From assembly GCA_963828195.1 (NCBI GenBank), contig CAWHDT010000001.1, positions 1 through 64,000 of the forward strand: a stretch of DNA of 64,000 nucleotides. Reading direction: 5' to 3'. Position 1 is the first letter of the stretch. The number at the start of each line of letters is the position of its first letter. This document shows, in pieces, positions 18,882-29,763 of the stretch. The position numbers and the translations under genes are program-made. The notes beneath the pieces are model-generated. The model was not told where the DNA came from, did not search any database, and was given only the letters and a program-made list of their open reading frames with translations. The stretch is from Candidatus Bathyarchaeota archaeon. Lineage in GTDB: Archaea; Thermoproteota; Bathyarchaeia; Bathyarchaeales; Bathycorpusculaceae.

Positions 18882-19276
18882 CTAACCCCTTTTACGTTCT
18901 CAAGCCAAACCCCGCGCCCGCTGACAATTTCAAAGTCAGGGCTGCCACATTTAGGACACTTAACATAGGTGTGCGCTACCTCAGGGATAAAATGGATGGC
19001 TTCAGCAGTTTCTTTATCGAGTTTTTTTAGGCTAAACTGCCACGTCGTTCCGCAAACCCTGCATTTAAGCGTTGACTTAGCCTTCAAAATGCGGAATTTA
19101 GCATCCTTAAAAATTTCAGATTTCATTTGGTTCAGGGCAAACCGCAAAATTCCAGATTCAACCTGTTGAAGCTCGCCAACTTTGACAGTGACTTCCGTGA
19201 CTTCCCCCAAATTTTCTTTTTCAGCAACTTCCTTCGCTGATGCGAGGATTGCTTCAGCTAGCGCCCATTCATGCAT
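18875..19276 (-). CDS. hypA: Hydrogenase nickel metallochaperone HypA
   Basis: MHEWALA N-terminus, CRVC and CPKC zinc sites. Confidence 0.93.
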   Translation of the reverse strand: MHEWALAEAILASAKEVAEKENLGEVTEVTVKVGELQQVESGILRFALNQMKSEIFKDAKFRILKAKSTLKCRVCGTTWQFSLKKLDKETAEAIHFIPEVAHTYVKCPKCGSPDFEIVSGRGVWLENVKGVRC

Positions 19277-19427
19277 AAACTAACCTAACTTTAAGCGTAT
19301 TTAAAAGAATATTGTGAGAGACAGGCATTTTAAAAAGAAAAACGAAGGTACTTACCAACAAAGCAATGGCTAGCTTTAAATCCTGTTCCACACCTTATTT
19401 TTCATTAATTGATAAAAGTGATTTTCT

Positions 19428-19994
19428 TTGGAAAAACAATTTAAAATTCTCGCTTTTGCTGGAAGTCTCAGAAAAGGCTCATACAACAAAGCCTTAATCC
19501 GAGCGGCTGTAGAGGTTGCGCCGCAAAACGTGGCAATGGAGGTTTTTGATTTGGAGGGAATCCCGCCATTCAACCAAGACCTTGAAAACTCTCTACCCCC
19601 AAGAGTTATTGAGTTTAAACAGAAAATCAGGGGCGCCGACGCACTTTTGATTGCTACTCCCGAATACAACTACTCAATTCCAGGCGTCTTAAAGAACGCG
19701 CTTGATTGGGCTTCAAGACCATATCAGGATAACGCACTTAGAGGGAAAACAGTCGCTATTATGAGTGCTTCAACTGGAAAGTTTGGCGGAGCTAGGGCAC
19801 AGTATCACCTTCGACAGTCGTTTGTTATGCCTAACATGTACGTGGTTAATCAGCCTGAAGTCATGCTGGCGTCAGCCGCCGACAACGTGGATGACAACGG
19901 CAGGTTAACCAATGAGCAGACGCGAACGCTCATCAAGCAACTCGTTGAAGCGCTTGTTGCATGGACTAATCAGCTAAATTGTAAACCGCAATAA
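19428..19994 (+). CDS. NAD(P)H-dependent FMN reductase
   Basis: GSLRKGSYN, TPEYNYSIPGVLKNALDW, GGARAQYHLR. Confidence 0.9.
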   Translation: MEKQFKILAFAGSLRKGSYNKALIRAAVEVAPQNVAMEVFDLEGIPPFNQDLENSLPPRVIEFKQKIRGADALLIATPEYNYSIPGVLKNALDWASRPYQDNALRGKTVAIMSASTGKFGGARAQYHLRQSFVMPNMYVVNQPEVMLASAADNVDDNGRLTNEQTRTLIKQLVEALVAWTNQLNCKPQ

Positions 19995-20308
19995 CTCATT
20001 AACGTGCTGTTTAAGCTCTTTAATCCGTTTTTTGTTTACAAGTAGCTAACCCACCATAGAAAAGTAGTCTGCGAAGGCTTGCTGCTTTTTCATTTTTGTG
20101 GCTGAATTTTGGCACTAATAGCAGGTACCCTCTCAGGTAGGGTGTTTGTGCTTAGACGCTTAATCTTCATATTGGTGCATCTTTAGGTTTGAAGCATCCA
20201 GATTGGTCAACTTATGACATAAAGACCATTAAGAACTAATTTTGGAGCGTCTATGAATCCTAGCAAATAGCTAAAAGGTTATATTCAAATCGATATCAAA
20301 TAGAGTTT

Positions 20309-21511
20309 GTGCGTAAACTTAGCTTAAGATTATCTATTATTCTATTCATTTCAGCAATGATATTGGGTTGTTTAATGCCTGTGAGGGCAGACGTGGTTTT
20401 TCAGGATAACTTTGGAAGCGGCAATCTTAACAATTGGACTGTAGTAGGTTCGCCAAACATAGTTTCAACACCAACTGTGGCTGGCAGTACGTATGCAGTA
20501 CAGTTTCCCTCAAACGCTATGATTGCTGGTATGCCAAGTTCCAATGTTTCATATATACAAGCACCTTTTCCGCAAGCCAGTACTGCAACACTTGAATTCT
20601 ATTTTCAGTTTGACGCAAACGCAACAGGCACAGAATTTGCGGACATAATCAACGGTGGATTTGGTAACTTGTGGTTACTGTTGGCTCAATACGTTAACAA
20701 TGGCAGTCTATATTTTGCCTTTACTTATCCATTAGGGAAGGGCAGTTTTTCACGCATTGTTTTTTCAGGTGCACAATCAGATGTATGGTACAAATTTGAC
20801 ATAGCGGTTAATCAGATAAATGGAGCTATTCAACTATCCATTAATGATTCACCAGTATTTTCAATCAACGAACTCTTCGGCTGGAATCCAACCATTTTCA
20901 TACTTGGAGACATGTACAGTACTGCCAACAATACTTCAAACATATACATTGATGATGTAACCATCACAAATACAGCAAACATATCTCAATCAACTGTGAC
21001 TCCTTCACCAACCATAAGTCCAACACCTACTCCAACTCCAAGTCCTACACAACCACCAACTCCCACACCATCAACAACAACCGTGCCAGCGACCACGAAT
21101 AATGGCGCAGCAGTTGACCTTGCAATCAGCGGAAACGTAACCAGTTCACAGATGTCTAACGTCACAATCACAACAAACCAGCGTGCTTCAGCAACTACAG
21201 TGTCTTTTACGGTAACGGGGGAAAGCGGCGCCACAGGCTTTGGCAACATAACCATCCCCAAAAGTGCCGTATCTTATGGAACAACACCAACAATCTACAT
21301 CGACAACCAGCCAGCGTCAAACCAAGGCTACACACAAGACAGCAACAACTACTACGTCTGGTACACAACACAGTTCAGCACACACGAAATATCAATTGTA
21401 TTCACAGCAACGCCTGTTCCAGAGTTTCCAACTTGGGTAATTCTGCCACTTTTTGCGGCAGTGATACTTTTATCAGTTGTATTTATCAGAAAGAAAATGC
21501 CCAAGAAATAG
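20309..21511 (+). CDS. Secreted surface protein with PT-rich linker and PEF-CTERM-like sorting signal
   Basis: Signal peptide, beta-rich domain, PTPTP linker, VPEFP + TM + basic tail. Confidence 0.75.
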   Translation: MRKLSLRLSIILFISAMILGCLMPVRADVVFQDNFGSGNLNNWTVVGSPNIVSTPTVAGSTYAVQFPSNAMIAGMPSSNVSYIQAPFPQASTATLEFYFQFDANATGTEFADIINGGFGNLWLLLAQYVNNGSLYFAFTYPLGKGSFSRIVFSGAQSDVWYKFDIAVNQINGAIQLSINDSPVFSINELFGWNPTIFILGDMYSTANNTSNIYIDDVTITNTANISQSTVTPSPTISPTPTPTPSPTQPPTPTPSTTTVPATTNNGAAVDLAISGNVTSSQMSNVTITTNQRASATTVSFTVTGESGATGFGNITIPKSAVSYGTTPTIYIDNQPASNQGYTQDSNNYYVWYTTQFSTHEISIVFTATPVPEFPTWVILPLFAAVILLSVVFIRKKMPKK

Positions 21512-21707
21512 CGTTCCTTTAATTTTTTTACTTTTGAAAGCACGATAAAATGAATTGCCTTAGAAGAAGAAGAAAAATTGTTTTCATCAGCTTCTTCTTC
21601 TTTTAAAAAAAAATTAGGCACCAACTTTTCCCATTAGAGGGTGTTTTAGCGCTAACTTGGCGAAGCCTTAAAATGGCTAGAGAGCAAGTTAGGGTTAGGC
21701 GCTAACT

Positions 21708-23006
21708 TTGAGAGTTATAGCTGACCTGCATATTCATGGGCGTTACAGTCGGGCGACAAGCGAGCAGATGAGCATACCTGAAATCGCAAGGTACTCGAAG
21801 ATCAAAGGTTTAAACCTTGTGGGCACAGGCGACTTCACCCATCCCCTGTGGCTCAAAGAAATCGCTGAAACGCTGACGCCGGAGCAGGAGTCAGGACTCT
21901 TCAAATTAACCAAACCCGCCGATTCGGCCGTCCGCTTCATGCTTACAACAGAAGTATGCACCATCTTCGACTACAAAGGTGAATCCAAGAAAATACACCA
22001 CGTCATTCTCACACCAAGCATTGAAACCGCCGTGCAAATCAACGATTTACTAAAAAAGTTTGGAGATTTAGGTTCCGACGGCAGACCCATCCTGGATATG
22101 ACGGCGCCTCAGCTTGTTGAGCAAGTGATGGCTGTCTCGGGCGAGAACATGATTTTTCCAGCGCACGCTTGGACTCCGTGGTACAGCATTTTCGGCGCCT
22201 TCAGCGGCTTCGACACCATAGAAGACTGCTACCAAGACATGACAAAACATATTCACGCGTTAGAGACGGGTTTAAGCAGCGACCCCCCGATGAACTGGCG
22301 CCTCAGCAACCTCGACAAATACGCTTTGGTGTCGAACAGTGACTGCCACAGTTTTTGGCCTTGGCGCATCGGAAGGGAAGCAAACGTTTTCGAACTTGAA
22401 AAGTTCAGTTACCAGCAAGTCACTGGCGCCATAATAAGCAATGACCCTGCGCGGTTCAAGTTTACCATCGAGGTTGACCCTGCCTACGGAAAATATCATT
22501 GGACGGGGCACAGAAACTGCAAGGTATCCCTCTCCGCGCAGGAAGCCATTAAATTCGGCAATACATGCCCGGTTTGCCGCAGAAAACTCACCAAAGGCGT
22601 AGAGCAGCGTGTTGAAGAACTGGCAGACCGTCCCCTAAACTATAAACGGCAAGATGCGCCGGGGTTTCTGCGTTTACTTCCGCTCTCCGAAATAATCGCG
22701 GCGGTGCTGGGCACTGATTCCCCTGCAACTCAGGCAGTTTGGAGAAATTATAGTTTGCTTGTTGAAAAATTCGGAGACGAATACACTGTGCTGATTGACA
22801 CCCCGCTGGAAGCTTTGGCGAAAGCGGTGGATGCGCCCATTGCACAAGCCGTCGTTAAAGTTAGAAGCGGAACGGCGAAGGTTACGCCTGGATATGATGG
22901 CGTTTATGGGCAGCTTGTTTTAGGCGTTGATTCTCCAGCAGCTAAGCCTAAGCCTGCAATCGGAACGGTTAAGCAGATGAACATGTCTGATTTTTTCGGA
23001 AAATAA
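21708..23006 (+). CDS. Endonuclease Q family (PHP domain) DNA repair protein
   Basis: DLHIHGRYSRATS, GTGDFTHP, PAHAWTPW, ETGLSSDP, SNSD.HS, YGKYH..GHR.C, CPVC. Confidence 0.9.
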   Translation: MRVIADLHIHGRYSRATSEQMSIPEIARYSKIKGLNLVGTGDFTHPLWLKEIAETLTPEQESGLFKLTKPADSAVRFMLTTEVCTIFDYKGESKKIHHVILTPSIETAVQINDLLKKFGDLGSDGRPILDMTAPQLVEQVMAVSGENMIFPAHAWTPWYSIFGAFSGFDTIEDCYQDMTKHIHALETGLSSDPPMNWRLSNLDKYALVSNSDCHSFWPWRIGREANVFELEKFSYQQVTGAIISNDPARFKFTIEVDPAYGKYHWTGHRNCKVSLSAQEAIKFGNTCPVCRRKLTKGVEQRVEELADRPLNYKRQDAPGFLRLLPLSEIIAAVLGTDSPATQAVWRNYSLLVEKFGDEYTVLIDTPLEALAKAVDAPIAQAVVKVRSGTAKVTPGYDGVYGQLVLGVDSPAAKPKPAIGTVKQMNMSDFFGK

Positions 23007-23099
23007 CAAAGTCACCTTTTCCGGCTTTAGATGCAGCAAAATAGTTTAATTCATCCAAATAATTCTAGTTAAGAGTTCAGTTGAAAAGGTAGATTACTC

Positions 23100-24485
23100 T
23101 TGAATGACCTTCTAACCAAAATTAACAACATAGCCACCCAAAAGTACGAGGCGAAGTACGCTGAAGCTCGAGCGCAAAAACTCTACAAAACAAGCCTCAC
23201 CATCAAAGAGGAACGTGTGGAAGCAGCCAAACAAGGCATTGAAAACGGTGTTGCGCTGCGCGTGATGGTAAACGGCGCATGGGGCTTCGCTTCTGTCGGC
23301 TCGTTTGACGATGAAATCTTGGAAACCGCGGTTTCTGACGCCTGCAGAATGGCTAAAATGGCTAGTTCACGGTTGAAAACCCCCATAAAGCTCGCCGACG
23401 CCAAAATCGTCAATGACCGTGTCGAGGCAAAACCGAAAAAGAACCCCTCGGATATTTTGATGGAGGATAAAATCAAAACCGCCCTGGCTGTGAACAAGTC
23501 AAGTTTGCGTTTTGATAAGAGAGTGAAAAGCTGCACCATTGACTACTTTGATTTGACCGGAACCAACTATTTTGTGAACAGCGAGGGCGCAAGCATTGAG
23601 CAAGATAAAATGTTTGTTTGGGCAAGAATAACTGCTTCAGCCTTAAGCGAGGGCATCTTCACTTTTAGCCGAGAAGAAATAGGCTCCACCGCGGGCTACG
23701 AAATATTCGACGCCCAATCTCCCGAAGATTTAGGCGAAAAAGCTGCAAAACGCGCAGTTGAACAGTTAAGTGCTAAACCGCTTAAAGGCGGAACATTCCC
23801 AGTTGTTTTAGGTCCAAACGTGGTCGGCGTTTTTGTGCATGAAGCGTTTGGGCATTTAGCCGAAGCTGACTTGGCTCTTTCAGGCGGCGTGTTGGCAGAT
23901 AATATGGGTAAGAAAATCGGTTCTGATTTGGTGACGTTTTTTGATGATGGCACCATCGAGGGGGCTTTTGGCGGCTTCAAATATGACGATGAAGGAGTTC
24001 AAACCCAGAAAACGACGCTGATAAAAGACGGCGTTGTTGCTGGTTTGATGCATAATCGGGAAACAGCGCAGAAATTCAATGCTGAACCGACCGGTAACGC
24101 GAGGGCTGAAGATTTCCGGGTGGAACCAATCATCCGTATGCGCTGCACTTACATGGAGCCAAGAGACCAGTCGTTTGAAGAATTAACGGAGAAAGTGAAG
24201 CAGGGATATTACTTTAAGAGTTTTAGGGGTGGGCAAGCGAACCTTGACGGCACCTTCCAAGTTGGCATTCAAGAGGGCTACGAAATAGTCAACGGAGAAA
24301 TAGGGGCTCCTGTACGCGACGCATCGATTAGCGGCAACACCTTGGAGACCCTGCATAAGGTTGATGCTGTGGGGAAAGATTTCATGTTAGACCCGGGAAG
24401 ATGCGGAAAAGGGCAAATAGCTTTCATTTCGGATGGTGGACCCCACATTAGAATTAAAGAGGTGGTTGTCGGTGGCAGTGCTTAA
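23100..24485 (+). CDS. tldD: TldD-family metalloprotease
   Basis: HEAFGH..EAD, YDDEG, TGNARA, CGK.Q, GGPH. Confidence 0.9.
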   Translation: MNDLLTKINNIATQKYEAKYAEARAQKLYKTSLTIKEERVEAAKQGIENGVALRVMVNGAWGFASVGSFDDEILETAVSDACRMAKMASSRLKTPIKLADAKIVNDRVEAKPKKNPSDILMEDKIKTALAVNKSSLRFDKRVKSCTIDYFDLTGTNYFVNSEGASIEQDKMFVWARITASALSEGIFTFSREEIGSTAGYEIFDAQSPEDLGEKAAKRAVEQLSAKPLKGGTFPVVLGPNVVGVFVHEAFGHLAEADLALSGGVLADNMGKKIGSDLVTFFDDGTIEGAFGGFKYDDEGVQTQKTTLIKDGVVAGLMHNRETAQKFNAEPTGNARAEDFRVEPIIRMRCTYMEPRDQSFEELTEKVKQGYYFKSFRGGQANLDGTFQVGIQEGYEIVNGEIGAPVRDASISGNTLETLHKVDAVGKDFMLDPGRCGKGQIAFISDGGPHIRIKEVVVGGSA

Positions 24486-25836
24486 AAAAGACGTTATGTT
24501 AAGTTTGGCGGAAAACGCGGTGAAGGGTGCGTTGAAAAGCGGAGCCTCTGAAGTTGAGGCTTACGTTTACGAGGGGCAAGCGACAAACATCGGTATTGAA
24601 CTGGGGCAAATCAGCAAAACCAACAGGATAATTGACCGAGGCGTAGGCATCCGCGTGGCTACAAACAAAGCCATAGGTTTTGCTTACACAAACATAGTTG
24701 ATGACCAAAAAGCAGTTGAAAACGTGATTGTCAGGGCTTTGAACGCTGCAAAAGCAAGCAAACCTGACGAGGACTGGAAAGGTCTCCCGCAAAAGAAGCC
24801 TTATACTTCTCTGGAAAAAACTTTTGATGATAAAATCGTTAATTTGGGTTCAGAGGAACTGGTAAATGTTGCGTCAATTATGCTGGATTCCGCTGTGCAA
24901 GTTGATAAACGCGCTTTTCCCATTGAAGGCGGAATAGGCAGCGCCTACATCTCTAACGCCATTGCTAACTCAAACGGAATCTCAGGTTTTGACAAAGGAA
25001 CGGTTATTGAATGCAGTTTAGCAACGTTAGCTAAAGAGGGCAATGCGGTTACGCCGGTTTGTTTTGAATTTAACGCTTCAAGAAGCTACGATATTGACCC
25101 TGTTTGGGTTGGAAAAGAAGCCGCGAAACTGGCGGTTTCAGCTTTAAAAACTAAGTCAGTTGAAACCAAATCTACGACGCTTATAATGACGCAGTTTGCA
25201 TTACAAGACCTCTTCGCCTACACGCTAGTAGGCGCGGTTAGAGCTGACAGTGTTCAGAGGAATCAGTCGCCTTTTAAAGGAAAAATCGGGGAAAAAGTCG
25301 CTTCAGAAAACATTACAATTTACGACGACGGCTTATTCCAAGGCGGACTCCGCACGATGACCTTTGACGGCGAAGGAGTGCCTCACCAGAAAACAGCAGT
25401 CATAGAGAAAGGAGTTTTACAAAATTTCCTCTACGATAACTATTCGGCAAAGAAAGAGGGGAAAGAGAGCACGGGAAACGCGGCGAGAGCAGGCTACCTG
25501 TCAACACCCGGCATTGACACGACAAACTTCCACGTTATGCCTGGAAACAAAACTTCGGAACAGATGCTAAGCGAAGTAGATGATGGATTAATAATCTATT
25601 ACCTGCAAGGAGCTCACAGCAGTAACCCCGTCAGCGGCGAATTCTCGGTTGTTGCGACTCCAGCTTGGAAAATCAAAAAAGGCGAAGTAGTCCACTGCAG
25701 CCGAGGCGTAATGTTAGCTGGTAACATTTTTGAGGTTCTTAAAAACGTGAGTTCGGTCGCTAGCAATGAGCGACAGATGGGGCAGCTGATTTCACCGTGG
25801 ATTCAAGTTGAAAATGTGCGTGTGATTGGAAAATAG
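24472..25836 (+). CDS. pmbA: PmbA/TldE-family protein
   Basis: [19 protein letters not shown]; lacks HExxxH; overlaps the tldD stop; probable GTG start. Confidence 0.88.
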   Translation: MAVLKKDVMLSLAENAVKGALKSGASEVEAYVYEGQATNIGIELGQISKTNRIIDRGVGIRVATNKAIGFAYTNIVDDQKAVENVIVRALNAAKASKPDEDWKGLPQKKPYTSLEKTFDDKIVNLGSEELVNVASIMLDSAVQVDKRAFPIEGGIGSAYISNAIANSNGISGFDKGTVIECSLATLAKEGNAVTPVCFEFNASRSYDIDPVWVGKEAAKLAVSALKTKSVETKSTTLIMTQFALQDLFAYTLVGAVRADSVQRNQSPFKGKIGEKVASENITIYDDGLFQGGLRTMTFDGEGVPHQKTAVIEKGVLQNFLYDNYSAKKEGKESTGNAARAGYLSTPGIDTTNFHVMPGNKTSEQMLSEVDDGLIIYYLQGAHSSNPVSGEFSVVATPAWKIKKGEVVHCSRGVMLAGNIFEVLKNVSSVASNERQMGQLISPWIQVENVRVIGK

Positions 25837-25896
25837 AGTGAGGTAAATTTTTTGCGTTGTATGGTGGAAAAGAGTGCGGTCTCGTTTATGGGTTAA

Positions 25897-27102
25897 TTAA
25901 GCCCAAAAACTCTTGGAATATTCGCCTAAAACGCCCTCGTAAATCAGCTTGGTTTGCTGACCGATTTTTTCCCAATCGTATTTTTCCATGACCCTCTTGT
26001 AGGCGTTTTCTCTGATGACAGCTCGGTAGTTGTCGTCTAGCAAAACCTTGGTTATCCCCCACGCTAAAGAATCAGGGTTATTCGGGAAAACCTTAACTCC
26101 TGTCACATCATGCTCGATGATTTCAGACAAACCACCCGTGTCAGATGCGACAACGGGGCTTTTCGCCGCCATAGCTTCCAAAGCAACGATTCCGAACGGC
26201 TCAAAAAGCGAAGGCACAACCGACACGTCAGCGCATTTTTGAAGCCTAAGCAATGTTTGTTCATCCAGAAAACCTTCGAAGAGAACTTTATGCTCAAGCC
26301 CCATACTGCGGACAATGTTCAGCAATTGCTCTTTCATGTAGCCGCTGCCGACAATTATGAATTTAGCGTTGACTTTCGCCAAAATCTTTGGAACTGCATT
26401 AACTAACACGTGGATGCCTTTTTCGTAAACCAGTTGACCGACGTACAGCACTATTTTTTCTTCAGGCAACGCATACTTCGCTCGGAACCCCTTAAAATCA
26501 CAATCAACTTCGTTGTAGGATTGCGTGTTTACGCCGTTTGGAACCATCACTAACTTGTCGTTCGGAAGCCCAAAAGCCCATCTGACATGCGAAATCATAT
26601 AGTCACTGCAGCAAATCACTTTCCACGCTTCATATGTGAGCCAAGCTTCGGTTTCATGGATCATTTTTTCGGTACTTGTATGTAATCCGTCTCTTCTGCC
26701 CATCTCGGTGGAATGCATAGTTACTAAAAGAGGCTTTCGAAAAACATGCTTAAGCCCTATTCCAGCGTTTGCCACCAACCAGTCATGAGCGTGAAAAACA
26801 TCGATTTTGTTCCCAATTTTTCTTGTAAGTGCAGCTGTCTCTTTTTGCATGTTCAAATTCATCAGGTAAACCCAAGTGGCGAAATCCGGCGAAGGATTCT
26901 TGTAGGAGTCAATACGGTAAACTTCTACGCCGTCAATTACTTCATGGGACGGGGCGCCGGGAAAATCGCACGTTACCACATAAACCTTCACGTCTTGCTT
27001 TGCTAAACTTTTTGACAAAAAATAAACATGCGGTGAAATTCCCCCGATAACTCTTGGCGGGAACTCCCAGCTAAGCATCATAACACTCAAATCATTTGTC
27101 AT
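25897..27102 (-). CDS. GT4 glycosyltransferase (glycogen synthase-like)
   Basis: SWEFPPRVIGG, HAHDW, HSTE, EPFGIVALEAM. Confidence 0.88.
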   Translation of the reverse strand: MTNDLSVMMLSWEFPPRVIGGISPHVYFLSKSLAKQDVKVYVVTCDFPGAPSHEVIDGVEVYRIDSYKNPSPDFATWVYLMNLNMQKETAALTRKIGNKIDVFHAHDWLVANAGIGLKHVFRKPLLVTMHSTEMGRRDGLHTSTEKMIHETEAWLTYEAWKVICCSDYMISHVRWAFGLPNDKLVMVPNGVNTQSYNEVDCDFKGFRAKYALPEEKIVLYVGQLVYEKGIHVLVNAVPKILAKVNAKFIIVGSGYMKEQLLNIVRSMGLEHKVLFEGFLDEQTLLRLQKCADVSVVPSLFEPFGIVALEAMAAKSPVVASDTGGLSEIIEHDVTGVKVFPNNPDSLAWGITKVLLDDNYRAVIRENAYKRVMEKYDWEKIGQQTKLIYEGVLGEYSKSFWA

Positions 27103-27724
27103 TTACTTTAAAACCTCCAATCACGCTGTCGTACAGTTCGAGGGTTTGTTTTATCCATGAATCAGGGTTTGTTGGGATGACCGCGATTTTTTCCTTAGGC
27201 ACCTTATAAATTCTAACGATTTCATCCCTCATCCATTCTGTTTTAGCGCTGATTTTTTCTGCCTCGTAAAAGCCAAGCCACTCAACACCTTTGATTGCCA
27301 TGTTGTAGGAGGTGTTTGTGTTTGGAGAACGATGGTCCTCTAAGCTTTCAACAGAATAAATAAATGGAATGCCAAGACCGTTTTTCAACGTGACAGCGGC
27401 GGGAATGAAGTGCCAGTCGTAAACGTCGATGAGGTCAATTTGTTTGTTGGCTTTGTAGTAAATGTTGGCTGCAGCTCTTTCAACCTCTTGGTTCAGCGTT
27501 AAAACCCACGTTAAAACTCCGATGTGTGTTCGCACAGGGTTTGAAACTCGAACAGTCTGCACGCCTGTTGGTTCTTGGACTGAACCTGTTAGGGAATCAT
27601 GATAGGTTACCACGTTGACTTCAACGTTATTTGCGGCCAATTGGGTTGACAGGGTCTTCACGTATTCGGAGAGTTTACCTACGACTCTTGGTGGATACTC
27701 CCATGTAAAAATGATGAGGCGCAT
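27092..27724 (-). CDS. GT4 N-terminal-domain-only protein (C-terminal Rossmann domain deleted)
   Basis: TWEYPPRVVG...DVYDW...ESLE aligns with the N-domain of the adjacent GT4; no EPFG motif. Confidence 0.8.
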   Translation of the reverse strand: MRLIIFTWEYPPRVVGKLSEYVKTLSTQLAANNVEVNVVTYHDSLTGSVQEPTGVQTVRVSNPVRTHIGVLTWVLTLNQEVERAAANIYYKANKQIDLIDVYDWHFIPAAVTLKNGLGIPFIYSVESLEDHRSPNTNTSYNMAIKGVEWLGFYEAEKISAKTEWMRDEIVRIYKVPKEKIAVIPTNPDSWIKQTLELYDSVIGGFKVNDK

Positions 27725-27731
27725 GTTTCCA

Positions 27732-27983
27732 CTACGTGAAGAGCGAGCAGACCTTAATTATTCCTCTTCCAGTAAGATAGTACCGTTTTTTCCCTTCATT
27801 GTCAACGAAGCTTTCAGCGAAACCCTCTGACTTGTACGTATCCAAAATACTCTCAATCTCGTTTGGATCTTTCTGCATAAGCCTAGCCACGTCGTCGCCT
27901 CTTCTTGCCAGATCAGCCGCAGTAGCGCACAAGTTATGCAGCGTTTGCAAAACTTTGTCAGGAAACGGAAGTTCATCTCTCAT
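27732..27983 (-). CDS. Small winged-helix protein
   Basis: VARLM...EIESILD.Y..EGF....D.EGKKRYYLT..G wing pattern; 7 bp from the next gene. Confidence 0.6.
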   Translation of the reverse strand: MRDELPFPDKVLQTLHNLCATAADLARRGDDVARLMQKDPNEIESILDTYKSEGFAESFVDNEGKKRYYLTGRGIIKVCSLFT

Positions 27984-28296
27984 TTCATTAATGCACCCAT
28001 CATAATTAGGGCGGCTTTTCTTATAAACGCATTTGCGGCAACTTTTCAAAAAACTCAGTTGCGTCTCGTTTCTGATTAAAATAAGTGATATAACGTTGTT
28101 TTGCAAAATTAACTATTATTTCACTTATTTTTTCCCCATATTTCTTTTGAACCTATGAATTTTTGGTCACCGACAAGTTTTCCACGCTTTCAAAGGCGCA
28201 TTTAAAAATTAAGCTCAATGGCTCGCAGATTAATTGATTGTCACTAGCAATAGGCATAAATGGCTTTGTTGAATAATTGTTGTTGAGGCTTAAATT

Positions 28297-28770
28297 ATGA
28301 TTCCACAAACCCCAACTAAAATCCTGTTACGTACCACGATGGGCGACATAATCATCACATTGCGAAGTGACATGCCAATAACCACTGGCAACTTTAAGAA
28401 TCTGGTCCAAAAAGGAACGTACAACGGCACAATCTTTCACAGAGTCATCGCTGGCTTTATGATTCAAGGCGGCGACCCAACTGGAACGGGATATGGAGAC
28501 CCATCTATTCCAGACATTAAAGACGAGTTTACCAGAGATAACCATAACGTAAGAGGCACAATAGCTATGGCAAATGCGGGTCCAAACACAGGAAGCAGCC
28601 AATTCTTCATCAATTTAGTCAACAACAACTTTCTGGATACTAAGCACCCGGTTTTCGGCACGGTCACATCAGGAATGGATTTTGTTGACAAAATAGCCAA
28701 AGTAAAAACAGGCCCAAACGACAAACCCAGAGAAAACATAACGATAATTAACGCGTCCATCGTGCAGTGA
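28297..28770 (+). CDS. Cyclophilin-type peptidyl-prolyl isomerase
   Basis: FHRVIAGFMIQGGDP, AMANAGPNTGSSQFFI, HPVFG. Confidence 0.93.
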   Translation: MIPQTPTKILLRTTMGDIIITLRSDMPITTGNFKNLVQKGTYNGTIFHRVIAGFMIQGGDPTGTGYGDPSIPDIKDEFTRDNHNVRGTIAMANAGPNTGSSQFFINLVNNNFLDTKHPVFGTVTSGMDFVDKIAKVKTGPNDKPRENITIINASIVQ

Positions 28771-28837
28771 ACAAAACAACCATTTCGCTTTAACCACAAC
28801 AAAACTAGAAACAAAGAAAAATTGGTGGAAAGTCAAC

Positions 28838-29041
28838 TTATTTTTTCTTTTCGTCTTTCTCTTTCGGCTTTGAACCGATTTCTACAACTTGTATGCCAAT
28901 CTGATATTTTTTGCCCCCGGCCACCATCTTGCCGGTTCCGTAATATCCTCTGCTGCCTGTTTTGAAATCTTTTTTGTCGATTATGAAGTTTTGTTTATCG
29001 CCGTTTAACTGGATAGTTGCCATGTTCGGTTGATCACTCAT
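28838..29041 (-). CDS. Small basic hypothetical protein
   Basis: 67-aa ORF with FKTGSRGYYGTGK and YQIGIQVVEIGSK. Confidence 0.65.
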   Translation of the reverse strand: MSDQPNMATIQLNGDKQNFIIDKKDFKTGSRGYYGTGKMVAGGKKYQIGIQVVEIGSKPKEKDEKKK

Positions 29042-29085
29042 GCTTACTTGACTCCTTATTTTGGTTTAATAGCCACTGTCGCTTT

Positions 29086-29577
29086 TCACCTTTTCGCTTT
29101 CGTTTTTCTTGAATGGTGAAAATCAATAGTTAACATGAAAATAAAAGGCAAAGAAAGATAGAAAAACGCGAAAAAAGCGTTGCCGAACAGTTGAGAAAAC
29201 GCGGCTGGAAGGTCTGGGTCTGACATGTTTAGCCCAAAATTTTTCAGTACTTCCAAGAGGACTGAGCCTATCGCGGTTAATCCTAAACTGACTAGGAACT
29301 GTATTGAAATTCTTTTGTCTCTTCCAACAATGAAGTTTGTTATGACGGAGGATAAAACAAACATCCAGGCAAAAGAAAAAAGGAAGATGCCTACGGAGAT
29401 GTTCGAGTTTAACGATGACGCGATAAATGGAGCTGAAGCTTGGAAAACAGAGATTACTGTGGTTAAGGCTGTTTTGGTAAAAATTTGGTAGCTAACAATT
29501 AAAACCCAAGCTACAATCAAACAGGCTGAAGTTACCACAAGCCCTCTCGCCAAACAAGCCACCGAAAAATAAATCAC
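29086..29577 (-). CDS. Hypothetical membrane protein (~4 TM)
   Basis: Hydrophobic segments in the ORF. Confidence 0.6.
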   Translation of the reverse strand: MIYFSVACLARGLVVTSACLIVAWVLIVSYQIFTKTALTTVISVFQASAPFIASSLNSNISVGIFLFSFAWMFVLSSVITNFIVGRDKRISIQFLVSLGLTAIGSVLLEVLKNFGLNMSDPDLPAAFSQLFGNAFFAFFYLSLPFIFMLTIDFHHSRKTKAKR

Positions 29578-29763
29578 ATCGCCGTTTTATAACAGTTATC
29601 ATCCAAAATTAACAATTTAACCAAGTTATCTTCAGTTCGACTTTTTGTCACTCTCGAATTGACAAGCAAAAAATCATATGTGCACTTTGGGCTAAATTTT
29701 AAGTTAATAGTTCGCACCAGTCCCGGCGGAAGTAAAACCTATTAGGATACGCGCTCATACTGT

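Noticed and set aside
20990-21090. Repetitive CCAAC-rich DNA
   Set aside because: Explained by the Pro/Thr linker of the surface protein
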